A stretch of 63,968 bases of DNA, the filler included, from Octopus bimaculoides (Eukaryota), in the NCBI RefSeq assembly GCF_001194135.2. It is 6 parts of 6 records of this genome, joined end to end, with 100 filler letters (N's around TTAATTAATTAA, not from the genome) between each part and the next. Parts side by side here need not be neighbours in the genome. Positions count along the whole stretch, not along the records: positions 18,144 to 39,465 come from NC_068995.1; 5 more parts are not named here. The stretch is one strand, 5' to 3'. How positions within the stretch are numbered: the first letter of the stretch is position 1; each line of letters starts with the position of its first letter. Positions 25,313-37,900 of this stretch are shown here, in pieces. The notes below the pieces were generated by a model, which saw only the letters and a program-made list of their open reading frames with translations, was not told the origin of the DNA and did no database searches. The position numbers were made by a program, and so were the translations under genes.

Positions 25313-28300
25313 CATGTAGATAACTGTAGAGTGAATAGTTATATTTTACTTATTTATAACAAAGATATCTCTGCTTTTTACCGATTACAGTTGCTCTTTG
25401 GAAACAAAAGATATACCTGTAAATACAGTTAAATGATCTCAGAACATTTCCTTGTGATTCAAAGGTTTTTGGAGGGGGAGTAATCGAGTTATGAAAGTTA
25501 AAACTTGTGATACAACTAACTTGGTTTAAACATTCGCTGCGTTCAAATGCAATCTCTTCGCTACCATGTGTGTTGTTTACCCCACCACGCACACTTTTTA
25601 AAAGAAATCTCTTCCAGTTCCTGTTTTTCAACAGAGCTTGCGATTTTGTCATCCTGTCTCCCGCCCTAAAAGAAAAAAGTAGCCAGCTGTTCAAATTTTC
25701 CATTTTCCTCCTTCATTGCTTATAATTTTCCACTTTAAGTTTGAGGTCATAAACCGAAAAAAATGCGGAGTCTGCTTGAATTGAAATGCTCAAATGAAAA
25801 TAGGTGGTATCGTTTAAAAATCGGTTTTTGCAGTCAGTTTAATTGACTCCGTAGAAGTCCATTAAAAACAATTCAGTCGAGTTAACGCCTCTACGTGGTC
25901 GCTCAACTTTCTAAAAATAACTTCCAAACTACACCCTACTTTACTGTCTTTGAAAAATGGTGAAAATTTGAGTAAACTATTCCTGAAGGAAAGACTGATG
26001 TCCAAAGCTGAAATGACTCTGATCATATTGGTGAACTACAACAATACGCGGTAACATCAGCTGTTTTTGTTTTTATTACATGATTATAAAAGTAGTTTGG
26101 ATATGGCGATTCATATTACGGCCATAAACTCAAAAGAAAACAAACAAAACCAGAATAGTAAAATACAAACACAATTGTCATTAAATTTTCTAAAGAAACA
26201 ATAATGTTTCAAATGTGTATATTTAATAACGTTTTATAAGTATAAAATATATATTTAACGGGAAAGAGTTGTTGCATATAATACATTGGTAACACTACCA
26301 CTTTCTTGAATAAGAAGCGTAACATCCTGCATGTCGATCACAAAAAAGAATCTGGTGGAGTATATCGGATCAAATATTATCCTTGTTAAATATCTATTTC
26401 ATTTTTGAAAAAAGTTAACGCATTCGAAGTACTATAGTTTGTTCATTTAGTAAATTTAATGACGTTTATGTTAATCTGGTTTGTATTTTCTTTTGTGTTT
26501 ACGGTTTTAATATGAAGAATCGTCTTGGCTATTAACAACATAATTTGAAAATTGGGATAAAAGAATAGTTTTAATGCTTTCCAAATTATTTAATTGTTAT
26601 GCTTCAGATTTAAGACGAACAGAAAAGCAAAATACTTATTTTAAACTGGGCAAATAATTCAACAGCATTATAAATTATAGACAGAAGGCTGTATTTTTTA
26701 GTATGTTACTGATTAATAAAAGAAGTAAAGAAACTGCAGTAAGACACAAGGAGACAAGACGCGAAGTATGCCCTCACAATAATATCTGAAAAGTAAACAG
26801 AAACCTGAAGAGAACATTCTAATACTTTCAGGTGGTTTTATATAAAAACTACAGAAGTAAAAGGTCAAAATTCCAACATTTCCAAAACCGATAACAAAAC
26901 TAGTTTGTGTACGGGAACGTAAAAGCTGAGGGTGGGATGATGAGTAATACACACATAATAATAAGGTACAAAGACCAACTTTGCACCAACTTTGACAAAT
27001 CTGTAATTATGATGTTTGGTAACTGACTTAAAATAAAAGATATTCATTATCATATGAACATTTCAACAATTTACAAAAAACTTTTCTTAATGAGGCGCCA
27101 CTTCATTATCTGTGTAATAATTACACTAGCGGGGAATGTGAGGACGCGAAAATAAAACAATCTGGCAAAAAAAAAGAAGTATCTCTTAATTATAGTGAGT
27201 TTAACCTAAATTGATGTTATAAGTACAACTTTTTTACATTGACAAAAGTCATAAACACATCAGACAATGGTTATAAATGTGGTTTAACTTACGTTCGGAG
27301 GTTTATCATTGCCATTAATAAAGCTAGTAAATGAACTTTTCGGGTGAAAGTTGCCCAAAAATGGGGTCTGTTTAGCCATATCCCAATGCGTTAACAGTAC
27401 AATTGTAATGACATCCAAAATATGAGAGGTTAAAACAAGGGGGGTAATTCTCATTGACCTTGTTATTTTTTAGTGGAAACCTTAGGAAGATGTTAACCAC
27501 GTCTATAGAAACAATTACATATCGAACGAGGATTTTTCTCGAGAGTGATTATTAGATGGCAGAATTAGTAGAAAGCTTCATCTAGTTATATTTCTTTAAG
27601 TCCTGTTTTCAAATTTTATCTAGTGGGCGGTGTATTGGCAGAACTGTTAAAGCGTCGGACAAAGTAGTCATGTTATTCAACAACGATCATTTACATTCTG
27701 CGTTCAAAGTCTGCTAAAGTTAACTTCGCTTTGTAGTAACTAAGTGAAACTTTAGTTGCATCGTTAATTGGATGAATGAGAGAGCAATAATATTTCGATT
27801 TCGCCAACAAACTATGTGTTGGCTTTCTTTATTACAGCAAAATTTTCCATTCCACTCGTGACCCAAAATAACTCATTTCAAGAAAATATGCATTGCACCT
27901 TCTACAGCATGTGAAATCGAAACTTATGAATGTTATAATTGAAAATAGTTACTTCTCTCAGTACAAAGTACTGTACCATTCAAACCTCTATTTTACAAAC
28001 TTCTGGAAGTAAACGCGCTGTTTTCTCACTATTGTTGTACCATATCGGCTGTGAATACTCATGGTACGTAGGAAATAAAAGAGAACTGTGTGTATAATTT
28101 ATTATTTCTGTCTCTAGCGTCCTTCTTTCTACAACTTTCCTCTTTCCAAGTTCTGGAGTCGATAAATTAAAGTATTCAGATTTAAATTCGTATAATGCAT
28201 ACTTAATGAGATGGATTTATGATTTCATCTATTTTTTCCCTCCTGCACAATATATGATTTTGTTTGGATTTCCATTCTCAAAAGCTCGTTTCTTTCTAGT

Positions 28301-29402
28301 TGCATATTTTATTTATTTGCTGCTGGACTGTGACATGAAACATTTATACAGAAACATTTATTTGCTGCTGGACCGTGACATGAAAACGATTGGAGTGTTC
28401 TAGAGAATAGTGTATATCTACCATCTATCACTGATTTATATACAATTACTTAGGAATTTACACGAATCGCAGTATTTCAGATGTAAAAATAACTGGAAAC
28501 ACATAAACAGGATTTTCTGAGGGGTTGATAACGTCATGTAGCAGCTAACCATTCGAGTCTTTAGTAGATATTGGGTCATCCCATAAATAATACGGTTTTT
28601 TATACTTCTTTTATTTTTCAGAATCAGGATAAACAAAGTTCTTTTTTAATCTAAAATATACTTTCTTTCATTTTCTACAATGCTCTTCCATCTATCTGGT
28701 AGACTTGCAAAGCTCGTCCAAAATTCACTTGACCGTGACGAAAAATTCTCCTAGTACTGTTCTGACCTTGTCTACAAAATGCATATTTTTTCCGTCCAAA
28801 TGGTTTTGAAGACTGCAGAATAAATGATAATCAGATGGGGCAATGTATGGTGGGTGAGGCATCGTTTCCCATTCAAACTGTTCCAGCCTTTGGAATGTCA
28901 TCATTGCTGTATGTGGCCAAGTATTATCCTGATAGAAAAACTTACATCTTGAAAGCAAAGATGGTCATTTTTCTCTAGTACTGCTCACAATAGATCTCCT
29001 TTGTTATTGTTTGGTTTGGGTTTAAAAGTTCAAAGTGGACTAAACCTTTTATATCCCACCAAACAGATAACAACACCTTATGGGGGTGAAGACCTTCTTT
29101 AGTCTGGGGTGCTGGTGTTTCTCCTTTCCCCACCCACTGTCTTAGATGCTTGACATTTTTATAGAGAACCCATTTCTCGTCACCAGTCACTATTCAGTCC
29201 AAAAAAAAGGTTCGTTCGTGAGACAGCAAAGAAGAGCACACATTCACTCTCTGCACACGATTAGACTCAGGACCTAATTTGCTGACTTTTCTGATGGCAC
29301 ACATGTGTCGATGAATGGTTGAATGACCAAATCCAAGCTTCTCTGCTAGTTTCTCAACGGTTAGGTTAGGACTTTGTTCTACCAGGGTTTGCAGGACATC
29401 CT

Positions 29403-29797
29403 TGTAGTGGCGCGAAATTATAGCTGCGCATGTGCAGGGGACTTCACCACCGGAAGCCCCTCGAGTTGCGCATGCGTAGTAAAACTCGTACTTAAACAGT
29501 GGTTTAACTTTGTTAGGCGAGTTGAGCTCAGACCTTCTACGTAACAATACCTCGCTCCTCCACGAAGCACTTTTACACTGTTCTCTGGCAGGCATCAAGG
29601 AAGACCTTAACCTTCCATTTACCAACTACAACGTAATCAGCGGCTGCTAAACAGAATGACAGGAATTATGAAACCAAGCATCATCATAAATAAACCTTTT
29701 TATTATGTTGTAATCGTTTTAATGTCTCTTCATATATAATTATGTTGAAAGGTGATAGAGAGACTAAAGTTTCTATGACAACTATCAAACTTTTACA
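29403..29797 (+). mobile_element. Solo LTR (395 bp) inserted in the mariner transposase
   Basis: Begins TGTAG, ends TTACA, exact 4-bp TSD TCCT on both sides; removing it restores ELDEDVLQ. Internal AATAAA near 29688. Confidence 0.85.
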
Positions 29798-30002
29798 TCC
29801 TCATCAAGCTCTACAGATCTTCCAAGATGAGGCTCATCTTCTAGGCTGTAATTTCTGGCTCAGACTTTTTGGAACCGCCATCGACACTAGCTTATACTTA
29901 TTGTCCAATCCCCATATACTGCATTAATATTCCTCGCACTTTTCGTTGCGATGTTGTCTTTACTGAACTTTTAGGTTGTTGTTCCATCTAATGTGACTCC
30001 AT

Positions 30003-33000
30003 TCAGAAGGCTGTAGTAACCCTGCTGCCGGTGTTGCTCACCCAAGAGAAGTGAGTGAGTGCTTGCCTGCACTCCCTCTGCCATTCTCCCGACTTGGGTC
30101 TCCACTTGATCCATGTACCTAAGTCTGCAAGGGACTTTAACTCCGGAAAGAGTTGCTTGGCATGCCTTAACCACACCAGCTCACCATCCAGGTAACACCA
30201 GAGATGCCTCAGCCTCAGCACGTACTTGCGTATCATCAACCAGGGCATCCCCAGCGCCTCACAAGTGGCATTTTCCTTCCCCACAGAAAGTGGAAAAGGA
30301 TCCGTTCCAACTTGCTAAGCCACAAACCGGGACAAGGCACAACGGTTTGGTGGTAGGTTATCACGGATGCTATAAACACCTGTGCAACCTCCGCCCTTCC
30401 CAACAAGGATAACTTCCTCCCAGACCAAGTCTGGGTTAAGTCCGTTATCTTGCTCGCCACCTCGCTCCAGTTCTTCTCTACCTGGAGGTCAGGTCCAAAC
30501 CAGACCCAAGTATTTTAACCAAGTCCTCCGTCCAGTGCCCGATGATGCTGTTGGGAGGCATCGACTTGCCCCGCCAGGTGCCGAGTTGCAAGCCGACTGA
30601 TTTTTCCTGGTTAATTTTAGCTCCTACCACCATCTGATGGCATTTTCTACATGAGGTAGCTACCCTTTGTCAGATACGATGATAGGTGATGTCATATGCA
30701 TATGCCATCACATTTCTCCTGTAACACAGATCACGTGGGTTCACCCCTGTGTCCCTCAGCCTCCGCAGCAGTGGCTCGAGTGCCAATACATACAGTAGCG
30801 GGGACGGGGCAGCTCTGGCAAACCGAATGCTCGATCGCGAAGGGGTTTGAAAAGAACCCATTCACCCCCACTACAGATTTGATATTGCAATACATGGCTT
30901 TGATCCAGCCCTGGAAGGTCGGGCCCAATCCGACCGCCGCCAGATACTCGTGGTCAACCCTATCGAACGCTTTAGACTGGTCTAAGTTCACCAGTGCCCC
31001 ACCTTTGCCAGGAATTTTACCTACCCGCTTTATGGTGTAGTGAATGAGGTGAAGGTTGTTGTGTATCATCCTTCCTGGGCTGGCACATGTCTGTGCTTCT
31101 CCCACCAGGTCGCCCATGACAATCCTCACTCTCTTAGCTAGCACCTTGGCCAAAATCTTTAACTCTGTGTTTAGCAGAGTTATGGGCCGAAAGTTATTAA
31201 TGTTATGCCCCTTGCTCAGGTCCTACCTGATCAGTGTCACCACTCCTCGGCTCACAGCTTTGAGTATTCTCCCATTCTGCTGCCAATTCATGTATGCACC
31301 GGCCGGTACATTCCCAAACAAGTCTGGCATACTACTATAAAATTTGTAAGGTAGACCATCCAGTCCCAGCGACTTGTCCCTGGGGCACTCGGAAAGCACC
31401 TCTATGACTTCTTCGGCCATGATCGGCCCTTCACAGCGCTCAGCATCGCATGCCAAAAGACATGGGCCACCGGCCAGGAAATGCCGTAAGGTATCCCCAT
31501 GGTCTAACGTCCTGCCCCTCCCGACCGTTACACATAAAAAAATACAGTTTCATTAATATACAGAAATATATTCAACCAGTTGAAAGAAACAAGAAGTAAA
31601 AGGAACTAAATTTCTACATTAATTTATTATGTAAATTTTGGCATTTATAGAACATTTAGAAATAAAGTCATTTCGTCGTAGAGAATTACGACTTAAATTT
31701 TATACTAACTAATCTTTCTTTCTAGCTATAAGAGTTCACAACAATTCAATATTGTTGGATGTGAGTATTGAACAAAGCATAAATATTAGCCGATACTCAA
31801 GAGGGTGAGTGTCGTGGATTTGAATGTCAGTCCAACGATCACTAGAGAGTTTTCCGAAAATCAGGGTTTATATAACTACTCATACACGAATCATAGAACC
31901 GTACCCCATGGAAGACTTCTTCAACGAAGTTCAGAATTGGTATATGGGCAGTAATTTATGACCAATGAGAAATCAATAATTTCTCATGTTCTCTCTCCGC
32001 CTCTTATGGGTTTGCTACACAGCGAAGTGCTTGTGAAAGGCCTCGCATATCTCTTCTTGTCCTTGGATCTGTCCATGCTCATTTACCACAGACCCAATCG
32101 TAGCCTCCACACCACATCAGGTTTCTTCTGAGTGAGCCCATCCGGCAACATTGATACCTTCACAGCCCATTGCACGTATCCTAGCCCAGACTCTGCATTC
32201 TTCGTGTTTGGCATTGAGGTGTCGGTCCAGTGCCAATCTCGCCACCAACATTTGTGACACAGAGCCCGTTCTCAATGTCACTTCTAATGCCTTAACTAAT
32301 TCCCTTTCTACTCTAGTCTGCTCTAGACTTAACTGTTTGCTAAATCTAATCGACTCAATTCGAAAGGCTTTGTTGAGGGCACTCCACCACCAGTTGTTAA
32401 TCACAGAGCCAGTTAGTGCCCTGTTAACTAAGACCTTAATCGAGCTGCGGTAAGCTTTGCAATCCAATAATGTCTTGTTCAGCTTCCATTAGCCAGATCC
32501 CTGTCTATGTGCCTTATCCATATGTAACCTACATGTCACTAATTTGTGATCCGTGTAGGGTACATAGGTAAACTGTGGACAACTTAAACTACACTTATCT
32601 CTAACACTTACCACTATCCTATCTATATAAGACCTGATTGCTCCGTCGTTTTTAGCCCAAGTCCACATTGGAATGCTCGGATTGTCAAGTCTGTATCGAT
32701 CTACCAGCTTAAATCGCTTTGGCAGATCAATGAGGCATGAGTTACCCTTCCTATTATTCAAGCCTACACCATCCAGGCGTGCATCCAGTATAGTGTTGAA
32801 GTCGCCTACCACAACTAATGTCAATGATGTCACCAGGAAGTTCTCCAGGCGTCGATAAAAGTCGTCCTGTTTGCCTGGATTTCCAGGCACGTAGATGCCA
32901 ACCAGCCTGAAGGCCTTACCTTTGTACATCAGATCCAGAACAACTGACTCGCCTTCTGGGTCCACGAAGATCGTACGTGTCTGCAGGACCAGGTGTTTTC

Positions 33001-34830
33001 ATTTCAAGACTGCCACACCTCTGCTCTCCACCTCCTGGCTAAAAGACATTATCTTCTCGTAGCCATTCAGGAGGGCTGAGAAGGCCTGCAGCTTGTCCAA
33101 CCTGGTCTCTGTAGTAACCATAATATTGATACCATGTGACCTGAGGTCGTCGAGGAGGCAAGCCTGCTTCCTCTTCAAACCCAGGTCACGAACATTCAAG
33201 CATTGACAGCCATGTTAAATCATAAAAGGAAAGAAAGTTATACTTACCCATTTACCTTTCTAAAGGAATGGTTCTCAAAACCGTTGAGACCATTTCCCCA
33301 CTCTTCTCTCTTGTATAAAAAGGGTTCAACCGGTGGGTCGAACACTCTTTTGAGTTCTTTAAGGGCACTGATGTCTTTTGAGTGAATTTTAATTAAATCC
33401 TGATACAAGTATTTGGGAATTCTCCTGATTGTTACAGGACTTAATTTGAAATCGTTCTCGTATATTTTGGTGTCTAGATGAGGTCTAATGACCCCATCTA
33501 GGTATGTATTTTTAGTTTTATATGCCACAGTTATTTATTCATTTTGTTCAGGTATGTCTACGGTTATAAGTTTAAAAGGGGTTTTTCTTTTCTTTTCAAT
33601 TGTCTCGGGTTTCTTTTGTATTTTAATTTTGGGGGCCTGTGTTTTAGTTGGAGATTCCATTTTTTTTGGTCTCTTCCTTGTAATTGTTTGGAATTCCATG
33701 TTGCCCTCTGCTGGTTCCTGGTCGTCGATTCCTTCCACACTAATTGGAATTGACTCTTTGCTAGTTGAGGCAGTCACTCTCTGAGTAATGGCCTCTTTGG
33801 CCTGGAGTGCCGCCTCTTTATTAGTTCTGGGAGTGGTTGCACTCTAGGTAACGACCTCCTTGGCCAGGAGGTCGTTACCCAGTGGTAGCAGGTTGGGTTG
33901 GTTTGACCTTTCTGTCTGGGCATTTTTCCTTCGGGTGTCCTTTTTTTCCGCAGTGGAAGCACCTTGGTCTTCTCCCCTCCACATGGGTGGATATTGTTGT
34001 GTCTTTCATAATAATGGTTTCTGGTAATTCCTCTAGGCCAATGCTCATTGCTTAGGATAGAATCTCCAGAGTCTGACCCTGCCAGTTCTGTGGGCCGTCT
34101 CTTGAGATCTGTATGATGTTCAGCTTACCTTCCCTTTTATAAAGGAGTGTGGCCACAATCCAGGCCACTGCTATCTCAGATGGGATATTTTTTATTTTTA
34201 TCCGGTACGTTCTGTCCCAGATAAAGAGATAATAACATTATGTTACCACTTTGCAAGCTTCGAGTTGAGTACTTCCTCGCTCGCTCGGTTGACTCAAACC
34301 TTGCTTTTATTGTAGCACATTTGTTACCTTTGGCCAGATATTTGATTTCTTTCATTGTTGGCCCAAGGCATTTTTCAATTGTAAATTCTTCCAAAAATTC
34401 GAATTTCTTTTTTTTTCAACATTATAAGTTTTATAAATTATTGTTTTTTCCTTGATTTTGTTTTTGATTTCGCTCGGTGGCAATAATTTGCTTTCACCAT
34501 CTTTTTCGGAGATCATTCCATAGTAGGTTTGAATTTCTTCAATTTTCAGGGTAATGATTTCGCGTCCGCCTACAGCTGCAGTGAAATTCATCGGCGTTAC
34601 ACACTCTTCCTTGGAAGACATTTTTACACAATTTGAAGTCGAAAACAATAAGTTTTTCCCCAAACTGGAACGCAGTTCAATATCAAACAAAGTAATGTTT
34701 ATCACAATATTTTCACAATATCCTTTCCCCAGAGGGGGAGGATCACAGTTCACAATGTGTATATCACAGAAAAATATTTCAACATTTCCCTTATGGGAAA
34801 CCAACAAACACAATTATAACAATGACGCAA
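30003..34830 (-). mobile_element. Near-full-length Tx1/L1-clade non-LTR retrotransposon (ORF1 plus APE-RT ORF2), decayed
   Basis: ORF1 remnants at 34813-33244 (basic, RNA-binding-like, several frames). ORF2 from ATG 33223: CLNVRDLG...TETRL, RLVGIYVP, VGDFNTILD, TW...SYIDRI, TDHKLV (APE endonuclease); KSLGLDGLPYKFY, NFRPITLLN, DQSKAFDRVDH, LYVLALEPLL and a degenerate YAYD (reverse transcriptase). Many frameshifts; no poly(A) tail visible. Confidence 0.9.
31528..32019 (-). mobile_element. LTR-like AT-rich insert (about 490 bp) interrupting Tx1 ORF2
   Basis: Separates ...EEICEAFHKHFA from VGRGRTLDHGD...; starts TGTAGCAAAC (same first 10 nt as the Gypsy LTR); CCAAT-like and TATATAAA motifs on the - strand. 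The 3' end (TGTAACG) and TSD are not clean. Confidence 0.55.
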
Positions 34831-36467
34831 TATTTAAACACAACAACTAACCTTACGGCGAAAGTAAATCAAATAACCATAGAAGAATGTAAGTCTGGAG
34901 TCGGACTGACGTCGAGCCTAGGAAGCGGTGAGCTTTTATAGCTGACAGGGTGGCTCAAATGCTTGTTTGGAACAGACTATCTCACATGACTTATTTGCAG
35001 GTTGTGATTGGTTGGGTTGTATATTGGTGCGTGATAGAGTATGAGACAAATTGCACCATTATCAACCAATCGGAGTGGTAGACACAACTAGGTCCAAAAC
35101 AGTGCCCAAAAGCTAGCTGTTACTTACTTAGTTCGTATGTACTTAATATAAGAGAGGAAGCTCACTAGAGTTTGCTACAGACAGCCACCCCACAGGTCAT
35201 TTTGTGGGAGACAATATAGATGATAAAAGGAAGATGTTTCTGTAGTGAAGAGGTGAATAAGGTCGTGTAGCCAGCAAACATGATGGACTGACGTCCAACT
35301 AAGTGGAAATCACAGGAATGCGAAAAATCAAGGTAAATGAGAGAATATTGGCTGCTGTGAGAATAAGCAGTGTCATGAATTTGCCTGCAAAAATAGTGCG
35401 TCGTTTGCAGAAGCAAAGGCTGTAGGTGCTAGAAAAGCAACAGTGACTAGCGAAGTGAGATAAGCCGTAAAGATGGTGGCAAAAGAAAGAAGTTGCAACA
35501 TGCAAGAGACTTGGTGTTGATCAGGCACCAAAGGAATGAAATGCTATGTGATGCAAAGAAAAAAATGTGTTTATAAGTGGTGGTTTGTGTGCCCTACAAC
35601 CCAGAGAAGAAACATATGACAAAAACACGCCAGGAGCTTTTTTGCCGGGTGAGAAAAGCATTCTGCTAGAATAAACTTAGAAATGTATTGGAGTGGGTGG
35701 CATGAGGCAGACAGCATGTATATGTGTATGTATGTATGAACGTTGAGCAATAAAATAAAATATGAACAAAACATTTAATAATCAAAGGGGAATAACAAGG
35801 AAAAACGTTCAGCAAAGTAAAGTGTCCATCAAACAGAACAAGGCATGTATGTACAATGATACAGAAAGAGAGAAAACACGAATGCAGTGTCATAAGTCTA
35901 TTCTCTAAAACAGTCACTGGTGAGGCAAAGTTAAGAAATGTAAATAGTCTGAGACAGTTTTTTGGCCAATGAACTGATCTGCCAGAACATGTCCTGTAAG
36001 GTGAAGAATGTGTTTGTATAGTTGGTTTTTGATGAGTGGAAGTGGTGTTTGTGTGGGTGGCAGTGTTTGTGGGATGATGGTGTGTCAGCAAGTGGCATAA
36101 ATGTTTTGGAAAAGGCTTTTTTTCCATGAATGTCCACAGTGAACAGTTTCGGTGTGCTTCTAAGAACGCGATAGGGTCTAGTGTAGGGGGATGTGAGCGG
36201 TCCATTGACAGCATTGTTTCTTACAAAACATGTGAGTCCAGGTAGAAATATCTGGAGGTACTGCAGAGGGAATAGACTGGTCACAAGAAAGCATTGGTGG
36301 CATGTCAGCAAAAAATGACCTGACTCATGTGATGTAAGATGTGGGGTCTACATTCAGTAAGTTGACAGGTGTGTAGTGTGTGCAGTGTCATCTCACCAAT
36401 TTCAGTTGGTTTAGTGGTCTGGAATGTGTCCAAGTCAGGGTGACCACTTTAGATGTTATATGTCCAC

Positions 36468-36485
36468 ATCACGTCGGGGTTACCA
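36468..36485 (-). promoter_or_regulatory. Primer-binding site (tRNA-Trp) of the Gypsy element
   Basis: TGGTAACCCCGACGTGAT, 7 nt after the LTR end; a degenerate second copy lies 39 nt downstream (about 36446-36430). Confidence 0.8.
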
Positions 36486-37229
36486 CTTTAGATGTTATAA
36501 GTAGTGGTGTCATCTAATGAGACTCCGCTCAGAAGGCTGTTATGTTGTGGTGGTAGATAAACCCAGATGAAAAATATATAAAACACAAGGTGGTAACTTT
36601 AAACACGTTTATTGTGGTCACATGCATATATACACACACGTTGAATGGAAGTGGTTTATGTACATTTATGTATATCGTATGTATCTAATATAAGAGAGGA
36701 AGCTCACTAGAGTTTGCTACAAATTCATAAAGCAAAATATGCTGAATATGCTCCGTTGTCACTTCCATTATAGCTTTGAAAAAATAACTGTTAAAATCGA
36801 ACTGCACTCTTCAAAACTTGCTCTAAGAATGAGAACACGGTAAAATTACTACCTGCTTTTATAGCAAGTTGATGCAGGTAGTTTATCCTATTCCCCTCCA
36901 GCTTTTAGTTCATACAGTTGAAAAAACTGCATTATTTATGGGATGACCCAATACATTTAGAACTTGTTTTTTATCAGTAGCTGGGCTGACTGGAGAAAAC
37001 ACAATGAACCCAGCAGATGCTTAATTCACTAGACTCCCAGTTGTAACACATTGGAATGCCATTTACGATTTTGTCTTTGATATCCATTCTCTGATAGACC
37101 ATCAGGTATATATAGATCATTTGTATGGTGAAACAGCTGAAGTCAATTTGCAGCAGGATCTTATACCACTCACCCTGCTATGAAATTTGACAACTTCAAC
37201 AATTCATTATCATAGCTAACACGTTTCGC

Positions 37230-37900
37230 ATGAACACATATGAGTTGACTCATTTGATGCCAATATCTTTTATGTTATTGTAGCCTGTCATTAATTGTTG
37301 AATACTGGATATCTATATACTCTTAGTGTTTATTGCTTCTGCACATCTTCCACAAACAAAGTCTACTTTCCCTGTTAGCCTTCCTGTTATTCTATTGCAT
37401 CCCTTTTGTGTAAAGAATTTGCAGTGAGTACACCATGTGAAATTTCCACCAACATCTTTTCTCCATATCAACCAGAGCTATATACCTAAAAGGATTAGCA
37501 TCTTGTCTTTTTCTCCAATTAGTAGACCTTTAATCATTGCTAAATTAACTTTAATTAAGGTTCTTTGGTAATTAACAGTTTTGCTTCCATGCTAGAATTT
37601 CATTGCTAATTCTGCTATAGTTTCATCTATAAGGATAAGGCAGCATAAAGGAATTTCCATGGGCAACCAGTCTGGCATTTGAAAATGTACATTTCTCTCT
37701 TTAGAAGTCTATAGCTTTCTGAATGTATTTTTCCAGTTGAAGATATTAACAAAAATAATTTTCCATGGTCATGTGTGGACTTTATCTATTTCTGTTTTCT
37801 TTTCCTTGATTGAATACTTTTCTTCATCTGCAGCCAATGAGAGTTTAGAATTTGTAGTTGAGACTTAGAGTGACAGTGTTGGTAAGTAGGATGTCTTTCC
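37230..37900 (-). mobile_element. Older, heavily decayed RTE LINE fragment
   Basis: LKVNLAMIKGLLI...WRKDVGGN and CKFFTQKGCNRITGRLTGKVDFVCGRCAEAINT align with the copy at 24547-25044. Confidence 0.65.

Larger units (their letters stand above)
29970..36721 (-). mobile_element. Internally deleted Gypsy/Ty3 LTR retrotransposon (tRNA-Trp primed, CsRn1-like) inserted in the mariner
   Basis: 5' LTR 36721-36493 (TGTAGCAAAC...TATAACA). PBS TGGTAACCCCGACGTGAT at 36485-36468, 17/18 complementary to the eukaryotic tRNA-Trp 3' end. Integrase C-terminal remnant FVRNNAVNGPLTSPYTRPYRVL (about 36230-36130). Purine-rich GGGGTGG before a second TGTAGCAAACTCTAGTGAGCTTCCTCTCTTATATTA at 35179. LTR-end homology ACAGCCTTCTGA..GGAGTC.CATTAGATG at 30023-29970. 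TSD AATT/AGTT. Confidence 0.8.
28571..36951 (-). mobile_element. Mariner (DD34D-type) DNA transposon, about 1.23 kb after removing nested inserts; transposase pseudogene
   Basis: 30-bp TIRs TTGGGTCATCCCATAAATAAT(A/G)C(G/A)GTTTTT at 28571-28600 and 36922-36951 (28/30 identical), flanked by TA. ATG at 36768 (MEVTTEHIQHILLYE) rejoins in frame to FSKDNIATKSARNINAVYG at about 29965, then SLEDEPHLGRSVELDEDVLQTLVEQ; catalytic motifs TGDEKW, QDNTWPH, APSDYHLF; ends YILD* at 28646. Several frameshifts. Confidence 0.93.

Noticed and set aside
28311-28385. 30-bp direct repeat (29/30 identical) with a 15-bp spacer, superficially CRISPR-like
   Set aside because: Only two units, eukaryotic context, no cas genes; a local tandem duplication.
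37035-37110. LPVVTHWNAIYD, reminiscent of the hAT transposase TRWNS motif
   Set aside because: Single short motif with no other transposase blocks or TIRs recognised.
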